Position numbers and translations under genes: made by a program. From the IMG/VR virus record IMGVR_UViG_3300045988_150084: DNA of 64,000 nt, one strand, 5' to 3'. Shown here piece after piece: positions 27,601 to 36,031 of this stretch (the first letter of the stretch is position 1; each line of letters starts with the position of its first letter). Origin of the DNA: a virus. The notes below the pieces were generated by a model. The model ran no database searches and had not been told where the DNA came from. It saw only the letters and a list, made by a program, of their open reading frames with translations.

Positions 27601-27683
27601 CCGATTCGAGAAACCATCTCTGGAATTTTAGCAATGGCATCTCTCTTTGAGTAATGACTGTGCCTATGTAACCCTACGAACAT
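24615..27683 (-). CDS. dnaE: DNA polymerase III alpha subunit (DnaE-type, PHP domain)
   Basis: 1022 aa. N-terminal PHP motif GLHRHSHYS...LTDHGT. Pol III alpha core-like sequence throughout. Confidence 0.85.
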   Translation of the reverse strand: MFVGLHRHSHYSKRDAIAKIPEMVSRIGELGQTAWALTDHGTTSGLMEAYKETKKYNKEHGTSIKFIFGMEGYWVPNYYVKDRKASCHIILLAKNETGYHNLLRLATIGYGDKGNKPDNFFYTMRLTTEDIIAHKEGLIISSACMGGLLNPRNGDEWDYDLAYDRAKTFQDVFGEDFYVELQLGTDEEQKKYNQNMLDLATDLGISAYVTEDSHYVNKDEADTHRKWLGIDEDSTYYQTDDYYIHSEQQARDALSYLDGTIADELIEETERVADKCEQVEIPFGEKHYPVFEVPDGETPLSQMCKLVADGFKKKIVGHVPESEYPKYKAQIDHEIKVLDKIDYTNYMLMTEDFVRGCHNLGIRTGIGRGSVGGCLVAYLMDITRIDPIKYGLIFERFAHDKRSSSADIDTDVPNSRRGDAIQYLVDKYHEVYHVRTFGLMGERAAIQRAARSLGYEPSAIRNLPKTIEEQTDERLKDLAMKYVGIIQNYGCHASAVMLFSSDPTEWCAIEKQGEDYVCAYEYHDLEAMGLLKEDVLGIKTLDVIDNTCKMVEARYGASVDVDNLPDTDTATFDMLNHDDVLGCFQIESGGMRKIIQDIKPQNVFDIVPLVALYRPSTIQSGMVDEFTNRRKGQPFTYIHPWVEDCLKDTYGVMLYQEQAMQIVQAMAGYDLGQADVFRRAIGRKIPEEMAKLVPQFVNDCEKRGVSQDVAQKLAEWLSNAAAYQFNKSHSAAYGYTCYQTAYLKAHYPAEFLCAYLNAYNGDKQEDLLVYVNDARRHGIKILPPDARSHTCDWEVVDDKTIRMAINYISGIGDIPVPLDYQSYKKLPKDKVENLIKAGALDFLGDRSELLQDVYQSGTLDKLNRQLSTVKERIEKNKAIYETAKDGTKKKKEAHKKYLDYSSKYWDIEQKIKEVKNTDEDYDYKAGELEVLGMTFEDIFADYDTSKYQAPDEQDKRVRIVLGVVRRIKHWKQKNGKPMMFFTLECPDGTQHDMVMFNSVYVPIETNKIYRMSVVGNKFRSII

Positions 27684-28396
27684 TTCAACCTCTCCTCCGC
27701 AATCTCAAAATACGCATCATTCTGCTCCCAGCCGATATAGTTCCTGTTTGTATTCTTAGCCGCAATAGCCGTTGTTCCACTACCTATAAATGGGTCAAGA
27801 ATTACATCCCCTTCGTTACTGTATGTCTTGATGAAGTATTCACACAATGAAACAGGCTTCTGCGTAGGATGTAGAGTCTTGCTAAAGGAAGGTCGCCATT
27901 GAACTTTTAGAACGTCGCGAGGGAATCTTGTACCAGTAGGGTTTTCACTACGGAAACGTTTCATCGCGTTATAGTTACTACTATTTCTGTCTGTCAGCCC
28001 ACACCGATACGGCTTACCGTGCCCCATAATAGGGTGATAGACAGGCAACTTATCGTAGAACACTAATACATTCTCGTGACACTTCATAGGCATCCGACGA
28101 GCATTTAGAAAACCTGTTGAGTTCGCTTTCTCACAAATCCATTCATATCGGAACATCTTAGGATTGGACATAACTACCGTTGCCGTGAATGGCATCTGAG
28201 TGAAAATGAGAATGGCAGAATTTTTCTTTGTCACCCTCTTAATTTCCTTCCAGAACGCATCCATATCAACAACCGTGTCCCATTTATTTCTTGTCGTGCC
28301 GTAAGGAGGGTCGGTCAACACCATGTCAACTGAATTATCAGGCAGAATCTTCATTCCCTCGATACAGTCACCGTGATAGATAATATTCTTTTCCAT
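27674..28396 (-). CDS. DNA methyltransferase (N6-adenine/N4-cytosine, beta class), no cognate nuclease
   Basis: DPPYG motif IV, then FIGSGTT motif I. Start set at MEKNIIYHGDC. The ORF-track N-terminal 22 aa overlap dnaE. Confidence 0.8.
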   Translation of the reverse strand: MEKNIIYHGDCIEGMKILPDNSVDMVLTDPPYGTTRNKWDTVVDMDAFWKEIKRVTKKNSAILIFTQMPFTATVVMSNPKMFRYEWICEKANSTGFLNARRMPMKCHENVLVFYDKLPVYHPIMGHGKPYRCGLTDRNSSNYNAMKRFRSENPTGTRFPRDVLKVQWRPSFSKTLHPTQKPVSLCEYFIKTYSNEGDVILDPFIGSGTTAIAAKNTNRNYIGWEQNDAYFEIAEERLKCS

Positions 28397-28425
28397 ACAA
28401 AAAAAGAAGGAAGCTCTCGCTCCTC

Positions 28426-28608
28426 TCAGCAGACAACCCCGATAGCAGAGTTGAATCCGCACTTATATCCCCTTGTCGCTGCCTTGAGGGCCTCTTGAGC
28501 CTCGTGCAACGTTTTATAGCGTCCTACATGGTGCTTCTGCCTTACACCGATACCGACACGCCATTTACCTCTTTCCGTATCAAACCAAATCACGCCATCT
28601 TTACGCAA
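28426..28608 (-). CDS. hypothetical small protein
   Basis: 60-aa ORF. Confidence 0.3.
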   Translation of the reverse strand: MRKDGVIWFDTERGKWRVGIGVRQKHHVGRYKTLHEAQEALKAATRGYKCGFNSAIGVVC

Positions 28609-28619
28609 ACAAATCTCTC

Positions 28620-28820
28620 CTAATCATCTTCATGTAGCATCTCATACATACGTCTCCACCTTCTGCCCTGTCTGCAATTCTTCCACGCTCCATCGCGTTT
28701 CCAAGGGTCACCAGTACACTTACCGTTTACCCAATAGATACAGGCAAGACAGAAACACCACTTGTCGCAAGCGTTCTCTATACACCTACGACAGAACCGT
28801 TTCAACGCACAACTAAACAT
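28620..28820 (-). CDS. small Cys-rich protein
   Basis: 66 aa with CALKRFCRRCIENACDKWCFCLACIYWVNGKC. Confidence 0.35.
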   Translation of the reverse strand: MFSCALKRFCRRCIENACDKWCFCLACIYWVNGKCTGDPWKRDGAWKNCRQGRRWRRMYEMLHEDD

Positions 28821-28868
28821 ATCGCATCAACTCGTTTTTAGACCCCCGAAGGGGTACAGTATATTTTG

Positions 28869-29480
28869 TCAAGGAATCATAACTCCACCGATAAGACCAA
28901 TGCCAGCACCGATGAGGAACGATTCAAACGTCTTTTTATGACGCTTTTTAGCTTCGTCCTTCTTCACTTGCTGGACTTCTTTATCTTTCTGCTCGGTGAG
29001 TGTCTTTGTATTCTGTTCCACGGCAATTTGTACTTCACGTTCAACGATGGGAGTCACGTCGAGAGTAGTCTTACTAGACTGTTCCACTTTCAGTTTACCC
29101 TTATCAAACTTCTGCGTCTCGTTGTCAAGAGTATCAAACGCCGTCTCTTTGCCGTTGTAGTTAATTACCACTTGCGGCTTATCGGAGCGAATCTCTACGT
29201 CAGCGTCGTTAGGAGTCTCCTTCTGGACGTACTGAATAACAGATTCTTTCTGCGATTCGACAGGGATTTTTACCTCTTTGACCTCAGTAACAACCTTGGG
29301 AACTTCCACTCGATTAGCACCGTATTTCTTACACGCTTGCCATCCACACATGAAAGAGATAGCAAGGAGAGAAACAATGATGATGCCATAGAGCACCTTA
29401 TCTTTGTTCTTCCAGACAATACCGAGAAAACCAGTAGCCTTATCCTTGATTTCCTGCTTATTCATAGATAACATCTGCAT
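28869..29480 (-). CDS. bitopic membrane protein of the lysis cassette (N- and C-terminal TM segments)
   Basis: Start reassigned to MQMLSMNKQ, which has RBS AAGGAG and overlaps the endolysin stop. TM segments near residues 30-50 and at the C-terminus. Charged central region. Confidence 0.45.
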   Translation of the reverse strand: MQMLSMNKQEIKDKATGFLGIVWKNKDKVLYGIIIVSLLAISFMCGWQACKKYGANRVEVPKVVTEVKEVKIPVESQKESVIQYVQKETPNDADVEIRSDKPQVVINYNGKETAFDTLDNETQKFDKGKLKVEQSSKTTLDVTPIVEREVQIAVEQNTKTLTEQKDKEVQQVKKDEAKKRHKKTFESFLIGAGIGLIGGVMIP

Positions 29481-30057
29481 CAAACTCCTTATCGCCAATG
29501 ATAGCCTTGTCCGTGTACTGCCACATGAAACCCTTGATACCGTCCGTACCATCATCGTCAGCGGTAGGGTTATACCCATTCTTCCACGCAGCGTTCCACA
29601 CAGCACAATCAAGCGACTGCCAATCAATGTAGTTGTTCAGCCATCCCTCCGAAGCGTATACACCGCAATCAAGTGGGTACATACAGTTGAGGAAAGCGCG
29701 GCAGATACCTGTCACATTATCGCTAGAGAACTCAAACCCATGCCTAGACTTATAACCGTCCGCATCCTCCATGTCATAGAAGATAGGCAGCTCGAGGAGC
29801 ACTCCAGCTCCTGAGATTACCTCCTTACAGTTATCGGCTTCAATCGTTGCTTCATACGGCGTAAGTCCATATCCATAGTGATAAGCGCCCACTTGCAGAC
29901 CTACCGCATGAGCACCGTTCACATTTTCGAGAAACCTATCGTCGCGGCCTGTCTTGCCATAGGAGCACCGTACAATAGCGAAATCATACCCTGCATCCTT
30001 CACCGCTTGCCAATCGACAACACCGTTATTCTCTGAAACATCAATACCATATCTCAT
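29458..30057 (-). CDS. endolysin, glycoside hydrolase family 25 muramidase
   Basis: N-terminal GIDVSENNGVVDWQAVK and a DFAIVR...G..YHY pattern typical of GH25. Confidence 0.8.
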   Translation of the reverse strand: MRYGIDVSENNGVVDWQAVKDAGYDFAIVRCSYGKTGRDDRFLENVNGAHAVGLQVGAYHYGYGLTPYEATIEADNCKEVISGAGVLLELPIFYDMEDADGYKSRHGFEFSSDNVTGICRAFLNCMYPLDCGVYASEGWLNNYIDWQSLDCAVWNAAWKNGYNPTADDDGTDGIKGFMWQYTDKAIIGDKEFDADVIYE

Positions 30058-30070
30058 ATACCATTCCCCT

Positions 30071-30319
30071 TTAACTCCACCAAAGAAACATGCCTAACAC
30101 AATGCAGACCACGATGATAAGCGGCATAATCTTCCCAATCAGAATTAAGGCAAGTAATGCCCAAAATGCACCGATGGCGAAAGCATAGTAGACAACACAA
30201 AGAACAAACATACAGAACATAGAAAGAAACCAAAGGACGGCTTTTTCAGCTTTCCTTCCCATCTCTTTCAGCTTCTCGATATGAGGAATCTTGTGAAACA
30301 AACTCTTAATCTTATCCAT
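30071..30319 (-). CDS. holin (small multi-TM protein)
   Basis: 82 aa with two or three hydrophobic helices. Immediately upstream of the endolysin. Confidence 0.55.
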   Translation of the reverse strand: MDKIKSLFHKIPHIEKLKEMGRKAEKAVLWFLSMFCMFVLCVVYYAFAIGAFWALLALILIGKIMPLIIVVCIVLGMFLWWS

Positions 30320-30322
30320 GAA

Positions 30323-30643
30323 TTACCTCCTTACAGGTGGAGCACCGTTAGGACTGTTCAACTCACTATCAATCCGATACTTGCCGAGAGACTGTCTGAC
30401 AAGACCATAAATAGAAGGGACAGCGCCGATAACACCAAGTAGCCCCTGCCAACAGCTAGACAGCTCGAAGTGATACCCACAAAGACCATTAAGCCAATAA
30501 CCTACCAGCCAAGAAGTACCCACGCACATGAAAAACAGCCCCCATAGGATAGCCATGAGAGCTGCACATGTATAGACATTGTTTCTCACCCAATCGGCAG
30601 TAGCCAATGCCTTGTTCTTTAGCTTTTCAAAAACCAATGACAA
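30323..30643 (-). CDS. holin-like membrane protein
   Basis: 106 aa with multiple TM segments. Confidence 0.45.
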   Translation of the reverse strand: MSLVFEKLKNKALATADWVRNNVYTCAALMAILWGLFFMCVGTSWLVGYWLNGLCGYHFELSSCWQGLLGVIGAVPSIYGLVRQSLGKYRIDSELNSPNGAPPVRR

Positions 30644-30881
30644 ATCTGAGCAGAGTTACGATAAGAGCACCGCCACCAGAAATAATAGCCCAGAAAGCCG
30701 TGTTCTTATTCTTCTCAAGCTCACCAACCCTCCTTTCAAGGTCGCTCATCTCAGAACGATAGACTTCCTTCGATGGGTACAGACTAGGTAAATCAGACTT
30801 TAAGTCATTGAGACTAGCAAGAATCTCCGAAGACTGTTCCTCTAACCTTTTCAGCCTGTACTCAAGCGTTTCTTGTTCCAA
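30627..30881 (-). CDS. XhlA-like lysis-associated protein (coiled coil plus C-terminal TM)
   Basis: 84 aa. N-terminal coiled coil LEYRLKRLEEQ. C-terminal TM AFWAIISGGGALIVTLL. Confidence 0.5.
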   Translation of the reverse strand: MEQETLEYRLKRLEEQSSEILASLNDLKSDLPSLYPSKEVYRSEMSDLERRVGELEKNKNTAFWAIISGGGALIVTLLRFVIGF

Positions 30882-30885
30882 TCAA

Positions 30886-33228
30886 TCACCCTCTTATCAT
30901 CAAAGATACCTGACCGTCTATATATGTTCCACTTTCGTTTTTGAGGTACACAGTACACCCATAGCGCGTTATATTCTTTATTTCAATCGTGCCACCTGTA
31001 TACGATGGGAAAATGCTAGGAGTTTTGAAGTAGAGATTATCGAAAGCAACATCTGTGCCGCTTGCCGTGACATCAATGACCTGTGTCTCTTCTTGGATTG
31101 GTGCAACAATCTTTAATTCTGCCGCATTACAATAGCCATTAATGAGAATACGGAACTGGATGTATCTACAATCTATCTTCTTCGCCGTGTAATCTTCCCA
31201 CTCTCCGTAGGAATCAGAGCCATAACGCATCTGGGCGCGACAAGTGCCTTGCAAATCGAGGTAGGGAATTATCGTATACACATCATCAAGGTCAATTCCA
31301 TCACACTCACACACCGCATAGGAGGACGTAGGAATCGAGGAAAGCTCTCTTTCTGTGGAGAAGTTCTTACGTTGCCATGTAAAGTGGTCGTTGTTGGTAG
31401 TTCTGAGAGAGTCAAACTCTTTAATAGAGGGTATTGCCAGTCTGCGAATCGAAGAGAACTCATAAGAAAATCCTCTGCTCGTCTTTCTGAGGGCATCGTT
31501 GTCTGCATACTCATAAGAAACCATCCTACGAATTGCAACATAGTCATCCGAAACATTGAGCCTGTCAGTATAGAGCGCTCTCGATAAGTCAGAATCACTA
31601 GATACACCGACTGTTGAACGCACACAGGTGTCATAATCATCCTTGACATTGACTCGGGGGTTGAAATCCTTAGTGAACGACCAATAGAGGGACATATTGT
31701 TTTTGTTGCCGCTCTCATCGTAGACAGTCCAAGGAATCGACGTTCTATCTTTTGTATCTGAGTTAAACTTATCAAACCTAGCCAGCGAATCGGAAGGAAT
31801 CTTGTTAAGTTCATCGTCCGTCAGGGAACGCTTAAATACTTGCAGTCCGTAAAGATTGAACTGTGTATGGCTATTTCCGTCATAGAACGCACCAAGGTAG
31901 GTAGTGGAATCACACACGCCACGGCTTTGAGGTAACTCTACTGGCAGCTTCTTTCCGTCGCAGAATAGCTCCAGCCTTGTTCCTGTCGCCCTCAGAATGA
32001 TTCTATGCTTTTTACCATCGTTGACGCGGACACCAGTATTGTATACATAATCGCCGCCGTTTAACCGCTGTGTGTATTTATAGGCAACCCTCCGATTAGC
32101 GTCATAGTCAATAGAGACAGGAATTGCCTTTCGGATAGTTCTGTCCGTATCGAGAAAACAGGAAACAGACAACACTTTATGTATCTTCGTGTCATATTCT
32201 GCTGTCCTTCCTGTGTATTTCACAAAACGACTAGCATCAAAAGAATCAGATACGAAAGTGAGTGTTTTTGTTTTTCCGATAAGGTTGATGTTTGAAAAAT
32301 CTCTATTTGCTCCACCTGTGGTATTTTTAGAGAGGATGCGATAATAGGAACTTCCCCCTGTTTTTAGAGGTACGACAGTTGGAGTATTACCGCTGCACTT
32401 GAACGAAGCAATATCAGTATATGTCACGCCATCCGAAGAGCTTTGAATAACGGCATCGCTAGGAGGGTCGGAATCATTACTCAAGAAAATAGCAGTTGTA
32501 AGTGAAACAGGTTCTTTGATGAAAATATCTAAATATTGACCATTGTTTATCCTGTTCATATACGAGCTGTAACTTGAATCGAAAGCACAGTATGGGTCAC
32601 TTACACCACTAGAACCTCTTACCGCAAAATTATCAACACCCCAGTTACCATTGGAGGACAGAGCAGGGTTATACCAAATGCCGTTTTCGTCTATTTTCTC
32701 GTCTGAAATGGTGAAATTAGAGAGTGCGTTAGCTCTTTGCGAATAATTATCACCGCCGCCTGTACACGAAAAGGCAATAGTCGTTACTTTTAGCCCCTTG
32801 AGCCAAGAATAGGTAACTTTATTGATATAGACACCATTTAGCCAAAGTTCCGCTGTTCCGTCTATCGTGCTGAAATGGATATACACATGATTGATACCTG
32901 GATGCCCATTGATACCAGAATCACCGAAAGTGAAGTAATTATTATCACTACCACCAACAAGTGCAGTTGTAGGTCTGTCGATAGAATTTTCATTCAAAGA
33001 AACAACATGCCAAAACCACGAATCACACCCACGATGAGTTCCGTATGTGTAAAAGTCGTAGCTAATCCAATACTCACTACATGATGGAACGTTCTTGGTG
33101 ATTTTATTGGCAAAACCGACGTTTAAGGCCGTGCCAGTAATAGTTTTGTACGAGTCTGTAATTACAACATAGCTATTGTGGACATCAAAGAAGTCTGCTT
33201 CTCCTTTTGATTTATAGAGAAAACTCAT
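30886..33228 (-). CDS. tail fibre / receptor-binding protein (780 aa)
   Basis: Large protein at the distal end of the tail module. Ser/Thr/Asn/Gly-rich beta-type composition. Confidence 0.5.
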   Translation of the reverse strand: MSFLYKSKGEADFFDVHNSYVVITDSYKTITGTALNVGFANKITKNVPSCSEYWISYDFYTYGTHRGCDSWFWHVVSLNENSIDRPTTALVGGSDNNYFTFGDSGINGHPGINHVYIHFSTIDGTAELWLNGVYINKVTYSWLKGLKVTTIAFSCTGGGDNYSQRANALSNFTISDEKIDENGIWYNPALSSNGNWGVDNFAVRGSSGVSDPYCAFDSSYSSYMNRINNGQYLDIFIKEPVSLTTAIFLSNDSDPPSDAVIQSSSDGVTYTDIASFKCSGNTPTVVPLKTGGSSYYRILSKNTTGGANRDFSNINLIGKTKTLTFVSDSFDASRFVKYTGRTAEYDTKIHKVLSVSCFLDTDRTIRKAIPVSIDYDANRRVAYKYTQRLNGGDYVYNTGVRVNDGKKHRIILRATGTRLELFCDGKKLPVELPQSRGVCDSTTYLGAFYDGNSHTQFNLYGLQVFKRSLTDDELNKIPSDSLARFDKFNSDTKDRTSIPWTVYDESGNKNNMSLYWSFTKDFNPRVNVKDDYDTCVRSTVGVSSDSDLSRALYTDRLNVSDDYVAIRRMVSYEYADNDALRKTSRGFSYEFSSIRRLAIPSIKEFDSLRTTNNDHFTWQRKNFSTERELSSIPTSSYAVCECDGIDLDDVYTIIPYLDLQGTCRAQMRYGSDSYGEWEDYTAKKIDCRYIQFRILINGYCNAAELKIVAPIQEETQVIDVTASGTDVAFDNLYFKTPSIFPSYTGGTIEIKNITRYGCTVYLKNESGTYIDGQVSLMIRG

Positions 33229-33767
33229 TTAAGCACCACCTCTCCACTTCCACCAAGACCGCTATACAGGTACAACATACCATTGTCTATGCCAATATTA
33301 AATTCACCACTCACAGTGCCGTTCTTAGTCACGTTTAGGAATGTTTCCCTTCTCGAATAGTCCTTGCTCTTCGTATCTTGCGAATCGGAGGAATCTATAT
33401 CCATGACAACAGTAAACTCAGTAGCGTCTTTCAGAATATTTCCCATCGTTGCATAGGACACTTTTCCGTCGAATTGTACCTTTGTCTCATAGTCAATATC
33501 ATGGATTTCTCGAACAGCATCATAGTTTGTAGATACAGAAATCTTCCTACGAACGACCTTTACGCCAACGTCAAAAAACTTGAACGTTACTTCATCAACA
33601 ATTTTTTCTTTTGGTACGACAAAAACTTGAATGTCCTTTGCGACGAGTTTATAGTGAGGAAAATAGTAAGCGACAACTTTTCTAGGAGTAACCTTTACGC
33701 GTTCAGAATTGATGATGGCTACGAGCTTTACATCGCTTACAGTTACCCTATCGTCCATGTCACTCAC
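33225..33767 (-). CDS. tail/baseplate protein
   Basis: 180-aa ORF in the tail module. Confidence 0.4.
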   Translation of the reverse strand: MSDMDDRVTVSDVKLVAIINSERVKVTPRKVVAYYFPHYKLVAKDIQVFVVPKEKIVDEVTFKFFDVGVKVVRRKISVSTNYDAVREIHDIDYETKVQFDGKVSYATMGNILKDATEFTVVMDIDSSDSQDTKSKDYSRRETFLNVTKNGTVSGEFNIGIDNGMLYLYSGLGGSGEVVLK

Positions 33768-34567
33768 CCCTTAATTACAATTTTTATGTTCTGCATATCG
33801 GACGGACTATCAAATTTCAGCGGAATATAGCAAGTGGAAGTGCCAACTGGAATCTCGTATGTACCGACCTTATCGCCAACGGAAAATTGCAGAGTTTTGA
33901 GTTTAGACCCCTTCTTTTCAAGCTGACAGCAGAGATAACAGGACATAATATCAGATGTCTGTTTCAGATTTGCCAACTGCTCATTATCAAGCTGAATTAC
34001 GCCCTCTTTATCTATATCCGTGAGAAGATAATTTCCGTCCGTTCCTTTCTCCCAATTCGTGATGTCATTGATAGTGAGGTGTGTGTATTCGGCATAAACT
34101 GGAATCTCCGTGTCAGAAATAAAAATATCCTTAACCAACGCTCCACCCGAATAGTCATTTCCGAATGTGACAGACATAGGCAAAGACTTTACACTCGTGT
34201 CAACTGTGCTATATTTAGCCCCAGCGATTGTTACCTCTACTAAAAGGCCATCATCTTGAACATGAAAGTGACAGAAAACCCTTACTCCTGTACCAAGGTC
34301 AGCATGTTTGTCAGTGAATAAAGAACTAAAGGTTGTCGCGTTGACACGAAGTTCTTTATTTTTGAGCGTGAACGAAAACCATGGGTCAGCGTATGTGTAA
34401 TCTTTGGAATAGAAGAAAGAGTAATAAGCGTCCTTTGTCTCGATTGGTGTAGGAATAGAAAAATAACAACCCTTGTCAATGCGAATATATTCTCCTGACT
34501 GACTAACACCTTTAGAAGAGTTAGGGAGTAAGGTAACATCACCCTTGTTGTAATAGGAAAAACTCAT
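33764..34567 (-). CDS. tail/baseplate protein
   Basis: 267-aa ORF in the tail module. Confidence 0.4.
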   Translation of the reverse strand: MSFSYYNKGDVTLLPNSSKGVSQSGEYIRIDKGCYFSIPTPIETKDAYYSFFYSKDYTYADPWFSFTLKNKELRVNATTFSSLFTDKHADLGTGVRVFCHFHVQDDGLLVEVTIAGAKYSTVDTSVKSLPMSVTFGNDYSGGALVKDIFISDTEIPVYAEYTHLTINDITNWEKGTDGNYLLTDIDKEGVIQLDNEQLANLKQTSDIMSCYLCCQLEKKGSKLKTLQFSVGDKVGTYEIPVGTSTCYIPLKFDSPSDMQNIKIVIKG

Positions 34568-35562
34568 TCTGAAATCCTCCTTGTTGTAAGAGTAAGTGTA
34601 TCAATACCATCAACGAAATCCCATGCCGTGCCGATAGAGTGGTCACCGTAGTCAACCTTTTGCTGGGAAGTATTCGTACCATAAGCTACATCGAGCGCGT
34701 TGATATTCTCTCCAGTTCTTGAGGTAGTACCACAGAAACCAAATTTACGAACATCAACTAGCGTTTTAGCTTTTGCGAGGGAATCAGCATTGACTTTTAG
34801 TGTAGCCGTAGCGTTTGTGAACTGCGTCGTATACTTATCGCCGACCTTTGCCCATCCATCTCCTGTAATGCTCTCTACATCAACCTCTTGTACCGTATCG
34901 GAGAAGGTGATAGGGTCTTCTGAAACAATCAGGTTGCGGAGATAAACACCTTGAAAAGCAATCTTGAATGGAACAGCCCTAGCTCTTACAATACTGCTCT
35001 GAATAGAGGAGATATGTTTGCATTGACCGCCTACCTTGTTATGGTAGTATACCTTGAGAACATTCCCCCCTTCGATATATGACTTTAAGACATCAACGTT
35101 CGCATAGGAAGAACCGTATGAATCGTATTTATCACCCCAACTTCCCATTGGAGGTATATCAGGCAGCCAATTTCCATCACCATGATGTTCGTAGAGCCAG
35201 TCCCAATGATAGTCGTTCCAATTATACCTGATTCTTGCCACATGATTTACAGAATAGTCTGTGACACTATCACTTGCCGATGTATAGTACCTTACATAAG
35301 AAGAAAGCGTATCTCCGTTCGGCATTTCTGCTTTATACATCTTTGTGAAATCCTTGGGAATAGGAATAACCTCTGCCGAATAGTAGAAATCCGACAGGGA
35401 CTTAGGGTTAATCATAAATCCTGCTTCAATGTTATACGGAATACGAATCCATTTCTTATCGAGATAGGTGATTTCCTCAAGTGCCGTAGAACCGTTACCC
35501 TTATCGTTGACATAGTTCAGAAGGTCTGCATTGTGCGTATTTGCGTAGAAGAACTTACCCAA
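34564..35562 (-). CDS. tail/baseplate protein
   Basis: 332-aa ORF in the tail module. Confidence 0.4.
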   Translation of the reverse strand: MGKFFYANTHNADLLNYVNDKGNGSTALEEITYLDKKWIRIPYNIEAGFMINPKSLSDFYYSAEVIPIPKDFTKMYKAEMPNGDTLSSYVRYYTSASDSVTDYSVNHVARIRYNWNDYHWDWLYEHHGDGNWLPDIPPMGSWGDKYDSYGSSYANVDVLKSYIEGGNVLKVYYHNKVGGQCKHISSIQSSIVRARAVPFKIAFQGVYLRNLIVSEDPITFSDTVQEVDVESITGDGWAKVGDKYTTQFTNATATLKVNADSLAKAKTLVDVRKFGFCGTTSRTGENINALDVAYGTNTSQQKVDYGDHSIGTAWDFVDGIDTLTLTTRRISE

Positions 35563-35575
35563 AAGGAATCCCCCT

Positions 35576-36031
35576 TTATGCCTGTTCGATTACTGCTTCA
35601 ATATGGATAGATTCATCCGTGTCGTTTGCTGGAATTTCTGCCTTGCTAGAAGCCGCCTTGACCCAGATAAGCGTATTTTTATCCGTGATTACGTCGCTGA
35701 TTGTGAGCTTGTTAGACCACGCTGCGTTTGTAAGCGCATTTGCCGCTGAGTCATAGTCACCAACAGCAAAAAACCACTTAGCTGTATCACCCGTATTAGG
35801 CTCATACTTCTTTGTCTCAGAGTTGTAGTGGTAAGCCGTGATAACCGTATCTCCGTAAGTCTTATAGCCACTATCGCACCGAATCGCAATCTGTTGGCAG
35901 GAGGACTCCTCTTTAGCCGCGTTCAGCGTGAAGGACAAGGGATTTGTCTGTGTACCGTTCTGGGAAAGCTCTGTTCCGTCAGTTGCATCCTTTGTTACCG
36001 TACCATTGTAAAGTTTAATCAGGTCGCTCAT
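35576..36031 (-). CDS. tail protein
   Basis: 151-aa ORF. Confidence 0.35.
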   Translation of the reverse strand: MSDLIKLYNGTVTKDATDGTELSQNGTQTNPLSFTLNAAKEESSCQQIAIRCDSGYKTYGDTVITAYHYNSETKKYEPNTGDTAKWFFAVGDYDSAANALTNAAWSNKLTISDVITDKNTLIWVKAASSKAEIPANDTDESIHIEAVIEQA

